DNA from: Callorhinchus milii | Lineage: Eukaryota | Direction: 5' to 3' | NCBI RefSeq assembly: GCF_018977255.1 | Contig: NW_024704742.1 | Coordinates: 76,820,001-76,884,000 of the forward strand | DNA: 64,000 nt | Part shown: piece after piece, positions 13,001 through 23,419 of the stretch | Numbering within the stretch: position 1 is the first letter of the stretch | How the letters are laid out: the number at the start of each line of letters is the position of its first letter | Position numbers and translations under genes: made by a program | The notes under the pieces: generated by a model | Seen by the model: only the letters and a program-made list of their open reading frames with translations | Database searches by the model: none | Told to the model about the DNA's origin: nothing

Positions 13001-16000
13001 TGAGTTTGCATAGTCAAGCCTCGATGTAATGAAAGCATGTATGAGGGTTTCGGTGACCTGTGGTGTGAGACAGTGGCGGAGCCGGGCGATGTTTTACATC
13101 ATACACCATGTTTTATAATTAAAAGTCTCCTGAATATGAATGCACCAGCACTGTACCAATCACCATATTGGATGGCATATTAAGTTCCGCATTTCCAGGA
13201 TCCTGGCTCGGGATCCGTGCCTGCCACAGAGATTGACTTGATTCCAACATTCCATAGCTATGTGCGTCACCTTGGAGCCAGCTCAGCTCCGCAGAGACCC
13301 TGCTTAGCTCCCCCAAGGAGAATAGTCACTAGCCTGGCTATTTGCCATTTGGCAAGTGGAGGTTTGCACCTTCACGCGGTGGATAACAGGTACTTGGGAC
13401 TGCCTGCAGCACAGATCAGCATGAAATGTGTCAGAGCACTGCCACCGTCCTCCTGTTCACGATTCGGATTCACATCCTACCAACTGAAGCAGCTCTGGAC
13501 AAGCAAGCGCAACGTCAGCAAATTGCTGGTATCCAACTATAGATGCTAAATTAACAAACTGAGGCAGAAAGAAAACAACTTAGAGAAATTGATATTTTGT
13601 TTCGTTAAGTTAAGACTGGTATCAATTACACCTAAAGGAATCAAAAGTTACTCTGCCTCATGGAAAAGCCATTTTTTGAAGAGAGGCGCAGTAAAATGTC
13701 AATTTTGGATTCCACAACAGGCTGTTTTGGGGAGTCCAGACCACATTTAAATTTTCTATTTGCTGTCAGGAATTTTCTTCTATTAAAAAATTTAATTTTC
13801 TTTGCAACTTAAATTTAGGATACAAAGTCTAAATTAAATTGTAAATTTAGGTAATACAGATAAAATTACCTACCCCGATGTGACAAGGTCCGTGTCTTCC
13901 GGGATGACATCTCTATTGGTCTCTTCTAAACAGTTCAATGTATCAACACTATAGTTTAAAAAACAGAAAATTTAAACGCTATATTTAAACAAACAGAAAA
14001 CGCATAGAAATGTGATCCAAAGATCTTAACAAAATATGACAAAAGGGTGTTGACAAAATATGAGCATTAATGAATGTACAAGATGCTTTCCAGTGATCAT
14101 CTTTTAATTATGGAGAACATTCACTGATCAATGCCAGACACTCTTCCACTCACCAGCTGCTAAAGATACTGGTCTCAGTCCAGTTCCGCTTGGATTACTT
14201 TAGGCCCTAGAAACCCTCTTCGTTGTCAGTAAATTTAATCTCAAATCATCAAATCTGGAAATGCCGTGTAGTTAAGTACAGCTGTAATCCTTTTTTGAAC
14301 CCAAAACGTAACTGTTTTAGGATTACAGCCTCACGACACTTACAAATTGATCATAGCTTGAAAAACAAAACCCCTTTTAGTTCATAATGAGTAGCTTTAC
14401 ATTCACAATTCATTCACAACAACAATCCTCCAGCAGATCAACTTCAAAAATGTTACCCTCACTTTCAAATACCTCTTCGAATCCACCCTACTTCTGTAAC
14501 CTCCTGCAACTCTACTGGCCCTGACACTTAACTGCTCCCTGAGTTCCCGCTCGATCGCTCTCTAATCGCTCTCTCTCTCCCTTGTGTCTTTCTCTTCCTT
14601 GTGTCTCTCTCTCTCCTCCCACCGCCGCCCAACTCTCTATCCCTGGGTCTCTTTCTCCCCTTGGGTCTCCTTCTCTCCGACAAACGTGGATTTGAGTCCT
14701 CACGAGGTACCAGGAACTCCCAGCGAGATTCGCTGTGGGCAACCCAGTTTAGCGTGAAGTGCATGAGAGCATTCCCACCGCAGTATTCCAGGGCACTGCT
14801 GATGACAGCACAGCCACCCTGGCTCACGGCAGAACTTGGAAGGACAGACCAGTCACTGGGGGCAGAGTCGTTCCCACTCAGCTCCTGTTAACCCTGAAAG
14901 CCCTCCCTCTCTCTGACACCTAAGCCATGATCGCCATCCCCCCTCTCCCCTCCTGAGCTGTCTCCCGTCCTGCTGATCACTCACTCCAGGTCTCTGCACG
15001 TGTGTTTTGGCTGCCGCCCCGACCTGAGACGCTCCCTCTAAACATATTCCTGCTCCTCCTCCCCCACACTCCGCTACGACCATACTGTCCTTCTCTCCCA
15101 CCGCCCTCCTCCCCTTGTCTCTCTCCTGGACCCCACCATTGCCCCCCTCTGCTCCAGCCTGAGCATCCTCCGCCAGGCCCATCCTGACTCCCGGGGTTGG
15201 TTGTTCCAGAGCAGCCGCCCCAATTGCCATCGCTCACTCTCTCTGCACCAACCACCTTCGAAAGACAAACACCCCTTCCCTCCCATCCATACCCTCTCCA
15301 ACTCTCCCCACCTCCTCAAACTCCACGGTCATTTCTCCCCCACGACCCCAATTTCCTCCCTATACCGCTCTCCCCATCACCGTCCCCCCACCAGTAAACC
15401 TATCTGCATTTCCCTTCAAAATGTCTGTTCCCTCTCCAATAAAGTCCTTGCTATCCATACCCCCATCCTGGATGAGCACATTGATATTCTTGGGCTTACA
15501 GAAACCTGGCTCTCCCCCAGTGACCCCGTCCCCCTTGTTGAAGTCTCCCCTCCTGGCTACACTTTTTATCACATCCCCCGCCCCACCTACATGGAGGCGG
15601 TGTGGCCATCATTTCCCAAGCTTCCCTTAGTCTATCCCCCTATTCCTCTGGCTATTTCTCCTCCTTTGAGCATCTCACCCTCTACCATCCCTCCACTCTC
15701 TCTCTCAAAATTCTCCTAGTTTACCACTCCCCAAACCTCCTGGCTCCTTCCTCACTGACATCTCCTCTCTCCTCTCATCCCTGTCCCTCTGCACTGAACA
15801 CCTGCTCATAATGGGTGTTTCAACATTAACTCCTCTTGCATCACCTCCTCGGATTTCACTGCCCTCCTCTCCTCCATAAACCTCACCCTCCACAACAACT
15901 CGCCGACCCACAACCATGGCCACCCACTCGACCTCGTCATCACACACAGCCTTGACATTTCTGACCTGTCCATTACAGACAAGGCCATCTCGGACCACTT

Positions 16001-18113
16001 CCTCATCTCCCTCTTCTCTCGCATCCCCCTCCCCTCTTCCAAGTCTCCACCATCTTTTCCCGCCCCTGGAAAAAGCTTCCCCCTGAGTCCCACACACGTG
16101 CCCTCTCTTCCTCAGACCTATTCTCCCTCGGGCCGTCCACCCGCAGTGATCCTGATGCAGCCATTAAGCTGCTGAATGACCACAACTTTTAATTCCCTGG
16201 CTCCTCTGAAATCCAGGGCTGTTTCCAAATCAACTCGCTCACCCTGGTACAACAGTCATCCCCACTCACTTAAAACCTAATCCCGGATGCTCAAACGCAG
16301 ATGGCAGAAATGGGGCTTCACAATTCACCGTCATCTGTGGCTCGAGCACCTTTGCACCTACTGCCTCTCTCTTCCTCAGCCCCAAATCAAAGTCATCCCG
16401 GAGGCCAAAAACAACCCAAAGACAGTTTTCCACCGTCCATCACTTCCTCAGTCCACCCCCTTAAGCTGCCTCTATCCTCAAATCAAACACCTTGTGCGAA
16501 GAGGTCCTAGACTTCTTTGCCTCAAAAATTGAAAACATCTGCATGGCTGCATCGTTCTCCTCCACACCCCCCGCCCCCCCCCCCACCCCATGTCCCCTTC
16601 CAGGAAGACAATACGCATTCCATTCCAACAATCTGTCTCTGGGATTTCTATGTGTAGGTGGGAAGTATGGAATTCTCAGTTTGGTTTGGATACTCTTAAG
16701 CATAGGGATGGGTTTCCGCCTGTGTCTGACACCCGCCTGATCACAAAAAAAATCCTCTTCGACCCGTTCTTAGGGTCACCTCCTCCCTCCCCCGAGACTC
16801 TTCCACTGTTAAGTGCTCTGGGGGTTAAGGTGGTGTATAAATGCAAGTTCATCATCCAGAACTCTGCAGCCCGTGTCCTCTCCCGCACCAGGCTCCGGGA
16901 CTGTCATCACCCCCGTCCTCGCCCGACTCCACTGTCTTCCCATCACACAGAGGATCCAGTTCAAGATCCTGGTCCTCACCTTCAAAGCCCTCCATTGGCA
17001 TTGCTCCCCTCTACCTCTGCGACCTCCTAACCCCCTACCACCCTGCCCGCTCCCTCCGCGCGCTCAGCGGGTTGTGGCTGCTTCACATCCCCCCACCTCG
17101 CCGGCCCCGTCGTTGGCAGGCGGGCGTTCTGCCACTCTGCCCCCATCCTCTGGAACACCATCCCGCAGTCCCTCCCCCTCCCTCCCTCGCCATCTCAAGA
17201 CCCTCCTCTTCCGTCATCCTCCCCCCCCCCCTGCTCCCCCCCCCTCCCTCCCCCCCCCCCCCCTCCCCCCCTGCTCCCCGCCCCTCCCTCCCTGCTCCCC
17301 CCCCCTCCCTCCCCCCCCTGCTCCCCACCCTCCCTCCCCCCCGCTGCTCCCCGCCCCTCCCCCCCCTGCTCCCCGCCCCTCCCCCCCCCCGCTCCCCACC
17401 CTCCCTCCCCCGCTCCCCACCCTCCTCCCTGCTCCCCGCCCCTCCCCCCCTGCTCCCCACCCCCCTCCCCCCCTGCTCCCCCCCCTCCCCCCCCTGCTCC
17501 CTCCCCCCCCTCCCCCCCCCTGCTCCCCTCCCTCCCCCCCTGCTCCCCCCTGCTCCCCTCCCTCCCCCCCTGCTCCCCCCCTCCCCCCTGCCCCCCCCCC
17601 TCCCCCCTGCTCCCCTCCCTCCCCCCTGCTCCCCACCTGCTCCCTCCCCCCCCTGCTCCCCCCCTCCCCCCCTGCTCCCCCCCTGCTCCCCACCCTCCCT
17701 CCCCCCCCTGCTCCCCACCCTCCCTCCCCCCCTGCTCCCCCCTCCAGCTCGGGGTCCCAATCCCTGAAGGCGCAGGGCGTTGTGCCGTCCTCCCGGCGTG
17801 AGGGGCGCTGTGCCAATGCCACGTGTTGTTGTCGTTGCTGCGTTGCCTCCTTCTCCCCGGGTCTCTCTCTCTCTCTCTCTGTCGCTCACCCGCACACGAG
17901 CCTCAGGTCGCTCAGGGTCTCCTCGGACAGCCCGAGCTGCGCTGCCAACTGCTCGTCCGTCTGCTCCTCGTCTTGCGGGTGGAGAGCGAGGTGAGCCGGG
18001 TCGAGCCGCTCTGCCCACTGGCCGCTGACCGAGGCCACGCTGACCAGGCGGCTGATGACCCCACTCGGCTCGTACTCGGGGCAGCGGTTCCTCCATTCGC
18101 TGCCGGTCGCCAT
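3902..18113 (-). CDS. SNAPC3: SNAPC3 (snRNA-activating protein complex subunit 3 / SNAP50), complete 9-exon CDS: join complement(17890..18113,13874..13948,12170..12254,11399..11503,8769..8918,7499..7581,5575..5739,4155..4262,3902..4049), 380 aa
   Basis: Manual splicing gives one continuous ORF with GT-AG introns and consistent phases. It contains SNAP50 hallmark peptides [58 protein letters not shown] and [12 protein letters not shown], and ends [15 protein letters not shown]. Confidence 0.97.
4155..4262 (-). CDS. SNAPC3: SNAPC3 exon 8 (108 nt; [36 protein letters not shown])
   Basis: Acceptor gatag|, donor |gtaagt, first CxxC of the C-terminal zinc finger. Confidence 0.96.
4370..4950 (-). 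mobile_element. Old L2 3' fragment
   Basis: L2-type tail (caacaaatttatata...) and degenerate ORF2 C-terminal sequence (gctgcaaaattctggat). Confidence 0.6.
5172..5479 (-). mobile_element. SINE family A, short form
   Basis: Same head, body and tail. Confidence 0.92.
5575..5739 (-). CDS. SNAPC3: SNAPC3 exon 7 (165 nt; [14 protein letters not shown]...[19 protein letters not shown])
   Basis: Acceptor tttag|, donor |gtaatg. HQGDCEH is the zf-SNAP50_C motif. Confidence 0.97.
5915..6290 (-). mobile_element. CR1-type LINE 3' fragment
   Basis: Reverse strand gives CR1-like ORF2 C-terminus (gtgaacctgtggaacaggctccct, cf. VVNLWNSLP) and a 3' end ...ttcttatgtt. Confidence 0.6.
7499..7581 (-). CDS. SNAPC3: SNAPC3 exon 6 (83 nt; [28 protein letters not shown])
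   Basis: Acceptor ggtag|, donor |gtacag, conserved peptide. Confidence 0.97.
7842..8125 (-). mobile_element. SINE family A, diverged
   Basis: Same head, body and tail. Confidence 0.88.
8769..8918 (-). CDS. SNAPC3: SNAPC3 exon 5 (150 nt; [18 protein letters not shown]...APEHVSK)
   Basis: Acceptor ggcag|, donor |gtacgt, highly conserved peptide. Confidence 0.97.
8988..9334 (-). mobile_element. SINE family A, long form
   Basis: Carries the extra ~60-nt central segment at about 9170-9230. Confidence 0.88.
11000..11300 (+). mobile_element. Old L2 3' fragment (a similar one lies at about 9900-10140)
   Basis: aatttcaagatgctcacactcacc... ending catgtgaagggcactatataaatacaagctgctgttg. Confidence 0.6.
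11399..11503 (-). CDS. SNAPC3: SNAPC3 exon 4 (105 nt; [35 protein letters not shown])
   Basis: Acceptor ttcag|, donor |gtaagt, GELILSV motif. Confidence 0.93.
12170..12254 (-). CDS. SNAPC3: SNAPC3 exon 3 (85 nt; [28 protein letters not shown])
   Basis: Acceptor tacag|, donor |gtaagt. REE..DR..RQE pattern; frame is consistent with neighbouring exons. Confidence 0.92.
12464..13092 (-). mobile_element. L2 3' end with (TTG)n tail
   Basis: [30 protein letters not shown]; stem-loop tail and (CAA)n on the plus strand. Confidence 0.92.
13874..13948 (-). CDS. SNAPC3: SNAPC3 exon 2 (75 nt; [25 protein letters not shown])
   Basis: Acceptor tatag|, donor |gtaggt. [10 protein letters not shown] matches vertebrate SNAPC3 VIPENTDLVT. 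Confidence 0.93.
15390..16560 (+). mobile_element. L2 ORF2 N-terminal part (APE endonuclease + linker), frameshifted
   Basis: [21 protein letters not shown], [11 protein letters not shown], SDH motifs; PWY linker; FFASKIENI. Confidence 0.88.
16850..17220 (+). mobile_element. L2 ORF2 C-terminal fragment (CpG-rich, young-looking)
   Basis: [44 protein letters not shown]. Confidence 0.9.
17218..17745. repeat. C-rich low-complexity tract built from CCCCCCTGCTCCCC-like units
   Basis: About 530 nt of almost only C/T with recurrent CCTGCTCC, directly following an L2 3' ORF fragment. Confidence 0.93.
17890..18113 (-). CDS. SNAPC3: SNAPC3 coding exon 1 (224 nt; [15 protein letters not shown]...SDLRLVCG)
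   Basis: ATG lies in a CpG-rich region, the exon contains a PEYE motif, and the donor is GG|gtgagc at 17889 (phase 2, matching exon 2). Confidence 0.9.
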
Positions 18114-18140
18114 GGGGCCGCCCGCGCCGCGCCGCGCCGC

Positions 18141-18159
18141 GCACTCTGGGAGCTGTAGT
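18141..18159 (-). promoter_or_regulatory. ZNF143/Staf (ACTACA-type SBS) motif ACTACAGCTCCCAGAGTGC
   Basis: Reverse complement of gcactctgggagctgtagt matches ACTACAnnTCCCAGnnTGC; about 28 nt from the SNAPC3 ATG. Confidence 0.8.
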
Positions 18160-18199
18160 ATTCGCTTCCTCTGTCGTCACTGCAGTTCCGGGACTGAGA

Positions 18200-18218
18200 A
18201 CTACACCGCCCAGAAGGC
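18200..18218 (+). promoter_or_regulatory. Second ZNF143/Staf-like motif ACTACACCGCCCAGAAGGC
   Basis: ACTACA + CCCAGAAnGC followed by cccGCG; divergent to the first site. Confidence 0.65.
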
Positions 18219-18509
18219 CCCGCGCCACCCGCATTCTCTGACCAGGTTGGGCGGGTTTTGGGGGCGGTTTTTTTTTGGTCGTTATTGTGCGTGAAAACCG
18301 CCTGTGGGCGGGCGCCTCATTTTTAAAACTTTTAATGTAAACCGGTGAAACTTTTTTTAAAAAAAAATGTCCTTTTCTTACAGAGCTTCAAAAGCGCCAA
18401 CCTAAATCGGTCACTCTTCCGCACACAGGAGGCGATGCATTATATCGGGCTGGTTTGGAGCTCGTGATCGGTGGACTTTGGGCCACTGACACGTTTTGAT
18501 TTTTGGCCG

Positions 18510-18665
18510 AATGCAAAACACAGCAGATGCTGGAAATCTGAAACAAAACCAGAAGTCGCTGGGAACGCTCAGCAGGTCCGGCAGAACTGATGAAAGCTCG
18601 TGGACCCGAAACGTTGATGCACTTTCCTTTCCTGAGTGTTCCCAGCGACTTGTGTTTCCGTTTTT
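18510..18665 (+). mobile_element. Penelope-like terminal-repeat-derived hairpin element with a hammerhead-like core
   Basis: Starts gcagatgctggaaatctgaaacaaaa. Inverted arms at 18554-18572 / 18632-18650. CTGATGA at 18587-18593 and GAAACGTT at 18608-18615. Confidence 0.6.
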
Positions 18666-18745
18666 AATCTCTGGCCATCCTACTCCCAGAGCGCACGCGT
18701 CACTCTCGCTCCCCAGCATTGGTTTGGGATGAAGAAGGACTGTGG

Positions 18746-19075
18746 GGCAGTCCTGTAGCTTAGTGGTTAGAGAACTCGCAAGTGAGATGACCTGGATTCA
18801 ATTCCCGGGCGGGTTGAAATGTTGGGCAAGTTTCCTTACTCCACACACCACTGTTTACCGAGCAGTAAGTAGGAACACGGTTGGTAGTCGATTGGCGGAT
18901 CGCTTTTCCAGAGGTAATAATACGTTTAACAAAAAAAAATGTGGTCACTCAATCCATGACTGTCTGTGGGACACTGCTGTGTGCAATTGGCTGCCGTGCT
19001 CCACCCACAAAATATACAGTCAATTCACTTTACAGTATCTTCTATGAAGCGCTTTGAGACGTCTGAAGAAGTGAT
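18746..19075 (+). mobile_element. SINE family A, long form
   Basis: tRNA head, central segment ctgtttaccgagcagtaagtagg...gattggcggat, body. Confidence 0.88.
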
Positions 19076-20316
19076 AATCTACCATGTCACACTCCCCACC
19101 CTGCACCACATCGCAACACATAACATTGGAGCGCAACTTTTCATGATTCACAAACTGCAAAATGCATTTTGCCCAGGTATGATCATACATTCCACAACTA
19201 CTTCTCCAGGCAAGCACTTTGCTGTATAGATTACCCTGGCTAATTTCTGTACAAGCAGTATTTTTTGTCAGCTATTTAATTTTACTATACAGTACATTGT
19301 TACTGTATATATATATTGCGATCTTAAATTTTTGCGAGAAAGTGCCATGAAAATTAAGTGAATTAAAACTTCATTTTAATGAGATGGAGAAGTGCAGTCT
19401 TTCAGGGTTGTGTCACAAAACAAGAGTCACTCCCATTTGCACGAAAATAAAGTAGACACCAAATTATGACATCCAATAGTACTATTCTAAAAGAGAAGGA
19501 AGTTTCTCCCAGTGTCTTGGCCAGCAATCCCACAGATAAAATCGATTATTTTCTTCAGGGTTCTTGTGGGACTTTACTGTGTGCAAATCGGTTACCGTGT
19601 TCACTGACAAATACAGTCAATATATTCTACAGTAATTCTTGTAAAGCACTTTAGACAACCTCCTGACTTGAAATATCAACTGAGCCAGTAAATTTTTCAA
19701 AGCCATCATCAAATTTCAAATTAATCGCAATAACAAGTGCCCGGATCCAGTGAAAATTCTGCTAAACAGGAATCCAGAGAACCAAGAAAGACTATTATGG
19801 AACACTGCATGCTTTTCATACCAGTTTGTCCGCATCTTGTCTAACTCACGATTGGGTGGGGAGGGGAGGAGATAGAGTGGGGGAAACAGGGAACAGGCTA
19901 CCTAAATGCAGAGGATCTGTAAAGAGGTGAGCTAACAAAACTAAGAAGATTGAAGGTGAACAGATTGGACAGATTATTTCATTATTTTACACAGTGGTGA
20001 ATAGATGGCATCGAGTGACTAACTTGACGTAGGCATCGTGTTTCAACAAATTCAAGAGAGAATTTTGATAGACATTTGGGGGAAGGGGTTGTTAATAACT
20101 CTTATCTAAGTTATTCAGAATTATTACTGGTAACTGATGCATGCCAAGCACCTTATTTCTGCATTATGTACTTGTTAATACCGTTTGTTATCACTTCCAT
20201 ATCGTTACTCCAATCTGCTACAATGAGCAGACGTGTATAATATTGTCCTCACAGCACAATGGTGAATATCTGATATTTGCACATCATTTCTAGTGTCCTA
20301 CCCAACAATGCCCCGG

Positions 20317-20750
20317 ATTGAAGCGCTTTGGGACGTCCTCCCGACGTGAAAAGCGCTATATCAAATGCAAGGATTATTATTATTATTATTATTATAAAAT
20401 TGGCCATTCATTTCATGGCATTTGTGGGACATTGCAAATAAGGTGTCTTGTTCGGGTACAAAATGCAGTGTCAGTAAACTCCATAGTAAATCCTGTAAAG
20501 TGCTTTGAGATGTTTTGATGACCTGATAAGGTGCTATATTAAACACAAGCATTATATATTATTAATAAATACATTTTATGGTAATCACACTGAAGAATTT
20601 TTCAAAATATTTAAATCTAATTTCTGAATTGTGCTTATTTTATTTGGTGGGTTTTGCCCACAAAATATACAGTCAATTCTGTGAAGCATTTTGAGATATC
20701 TTGAAGACATGATAAGGTGCTATATCAAATGAAAGGATTATTATTATATG
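20317..20750 (+). mobile_element. Cluster of SINE 3' fragments (three tails)
   Basis: Tails ending ...atatcaaatgcaagg(att)n at about 20395, 20560 and 20748. Confidence 0.8.
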
Positions 20751-21268
20751 CATCAGAAAGGCATTGGAATTGGAATTAAATTGGTTCCAGGCAGATTGTA
20801 TTTTGGACTAAGCCTTATCAGATAAATGTAATAATCACGGTCCATTCACTTGTAAATGCATATAAATGCATTTGCATTAAAGATTCTTAAAATACTAAGG
20901 TTCACAGTCCAACAGCACAGGGCTAATTTAATTAACAGTCTTCCAATTTACAGCATTAGCGCAATGCAGTCAGATGTATGAGGGAACTAAAAGTGCAAAG
21001 TTTAAAAATCTGAAATGTTTCCTCAAGTGACTCATCGACCACATGTTCTACACATTACTGGAAATGATGATTTTCTGTACATAAAAAAATGAATTTTGTA
21101 TTTGATGGCTGTACAGCAAGTGGGATTATCACACAAGCACACCATTTGAAATTGTCTTCCTATAAAGTATAAAAAGCCCAATTGGTACTCAGAAATTCTA
21201 AGTTACAGAAAGTCTTTGAAAAGTGGGAAGTTCAAAGTTAACCATTGAAGCATTAATCTTTGGACATG

Positions 21269-22130
21269 TAACAACAACAACAAGATTCCATTTATAGAGC
21301 GCCTTTCACGTCGGGAGGACGTCCCAAGGCGCTGTACAGTTGGGTCAGGACCCGAGCAGGGGGGAAATGGTCAGGGTGAGGGGAGGGAAGGGAGGGAGCG
21401 AGGAGGGGGGAAATGGTCAGGGTGAGGGGAGGGAAGGGAGGGAGCGAGGAGGGGGGATATGGTCAGGGTGAGGGGAGGGAAGGGAGGGAGCGAGGAGGGG
21501 GGAAATGGTCAGGGTGAGGGGAGGGAAGGGAGGAGGGGAGTCGAGAGGGGAGCTGAAGGCACGGTCAACGAGAAAGGTCTTGAGACCGGCCTTGAAGGAG
21601 GAAAGGGAGGAAGCAAAGCGAGGCACTGGGGGATAGAGTTCCAGAGCCTCGGGGCTGAGAGGCTGAAGGCCCGGCCACCTATGTTGGGGCGGGGGATGTG
21701 GAGCAGACCGGAGCCAGAGGAACGGAGGGTACGGGCAGGTAGGTAGGGTAGTAGGTTGGAGAGGTAGGAGGGAGCAAGGCCGTGAATGGCCTTGTAGGTG
21801 AGGATGAGGATCTTGAAATCAATCCTCTGGGGGATGGGGAGCCAGTGGAGGCGAGCGAGGGTGGGAGTGATGTGGTCGCGAAGCCTGGTGCGGGACAGTA
21901 CACGAGCTGCAGAGTTCTGAATGACCTGCAGCTTGTGGAGGGAGGTGGCGGGAAGGCCGACGAGGAGAGAGTTCCCATAGTCCAGCCTTGAGGTGATAAA
22001 GGCGTGGACCAGAGTTTCAGCAGCGTGAGGGGTGAGGTAGTGCCGTAGTCTGGCGATATTCCGCAGGTGATGGAAGGCGGTGCCAGTTGTGGTGCGGATA
22101 TGAGGGAGAAAGGACAGCTCAGGGTCGAAC
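21269..22130 (-). mobile_element. L2 3' end with (TTG)n tail, young-looking
   Basis: ORF2 C-terminus (LDYGN..L.GLP, LQVIQNSAAR) and intact tail stem-loop at 21298-21333. Confidence 0.93.
21359..21538. repeat. 46-bp tandem repeat (about 4 copies) inside an L2 3'UTR
   Basis: A(A/T)ATGGTCAGGGTGAGGGGAGGGAAGGGAG recurs at 21365, 21411, 21457 and 21503. Confidence 0.92.
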
Positions 22131-22134
22131 AGAA

Positions 22135-22535
22135 CACTTCTGCATCAGAAGGTTTGGGTTCAAACCCCACATCGGGACATGAAACTCATGTAGTCTAGGC
22201 AGGCACTCTAATGCAGTGCTGAAGCTTTGCTGCACTGTTGAAGGTGCCGTCCTTTGGACATTAAACTAAGGTCCAATCCGTCTGATCAGCTGGACTTTAA
22301 AGATCCTGTTTAAAAAGGTGAAGAGAGATTTCTCCCGGTGTCCTGGCCAACAATCCCACAAATAAAATGGATCATCCACTTTGTGGTTGTTTTTGTGGGG
22401 CATTGCTGTTCCAAAATTGGCTGCCACTTCATCCGTAAAAATATGTTCACAACACTTTAAAGTATATTGTGCAAAGCACTTTGAAATGTCCTCCTAACTT
22501 GAAAGGTGCTCTAACAATTGCAAAGATTATTATAA
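22135..22535 (+). mobile_element. Deu-domain SINE family B
   Basis: gggttcaaacccc B box; tgctgcactgttgaaggtgccgtcctt; tttctcccggtgtcctggccaacaat. Confidence 0.78.
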
Positions 22536-23419
22536 ATTTTCCTTTGTTTTGTCATTGCAACATTTGCACTGAATAGCCGCTTCCTACAGCTGCATGCTTT
22601 AACTTTTGTAAGTTTATATGCATCAGTGGGCTTATCATTTACTTCTGTAGTGAAGAGCTAGGGTGTCCAGCAAGCAGAGTATTCAAATAGTTCAGTCTGG
22701 AGTTGATGAAGGCGTGGATGAGGGTCTCAGAATCCCAGGCGTGTGCTATGACCAATCACTGGGGGCAGGGAATCATCCTACTCAGCTCCTGTAAACCCTG
22801 CAAGCTAAAGCCCCATCGGGTAAGCTTGCCAGACAGTGATATCAATGGCAAGCCATGCAGTTTTAGCTGGTTAGACTCCAGCAGTACCCCAACGCACACT
22901 CTGGGGTCTCCAAGCCTTGGCTCTTGCCAAGCTGCCCTACTACTTTCAGGGAAGAGAGTGCACATTCCAACCATCTTATCTCTAGGATTTCCATTTGTAG
23001 GTGGGATGCATGAAAATCTCAGCTTGGTTTGAATGCTCTTAAGCCTGGTGATGGGTTTCCGCGTATGTCAGACTCCCGCTGACGCCCCCAAAATTGCTAT
23101 GAATACGCCCACTCTATAAACAGGTCTGTGCTATTAACACTGGCTGCTATACTTGGGCATGTTATAATGGGGTACTTATTTCCGACTTACAATCAGTGTG
23201 TAATAATTGACAAGGATTTACTTGGTACAAACTCACACAGGATGGAACAGGTGACCACTTCCCTGATATGTACACACACAATACATTAGAAGCATTTTAT
23301 TTGACAGTGTTTGTAGCCATGGAGTGCATTAGGAAGAGATTAGCCTGATATTTACACACTGTACAGTGGAAAGCAAGTTACCTTGGAGTTTACAAAATAG
23401 ACACTTATTCAGAAAAAAA

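Larger units (their letters stand above)
17760..18320. promoter_or_regulatory. CpG-rich promoter/first-exon region of SNAPC3 with GC boxes
   Basis: Dense CpG in an otherwise CpG-poor window; GGGCGG boxes near 18249, 18262 and 18306. Confidence 0.75.

Noticed and set aside
16621..16737. H/ACA snoRNA interpretation of the ~120-nt duplicated segment
   Set aside because: No clear two-hairpin fold or H/ACA boxes were seen. The second copy is intergenic and linked to other repeat segments, so it is treated as a repeat family.
16813..18234. Pro-rich / Gly-rich 300-390 aa ORFs (formin- or extensin-like)
   Set aside because: They are translations of an L2 fragment plus the C-rich tract in SNAPC3 intron 1.
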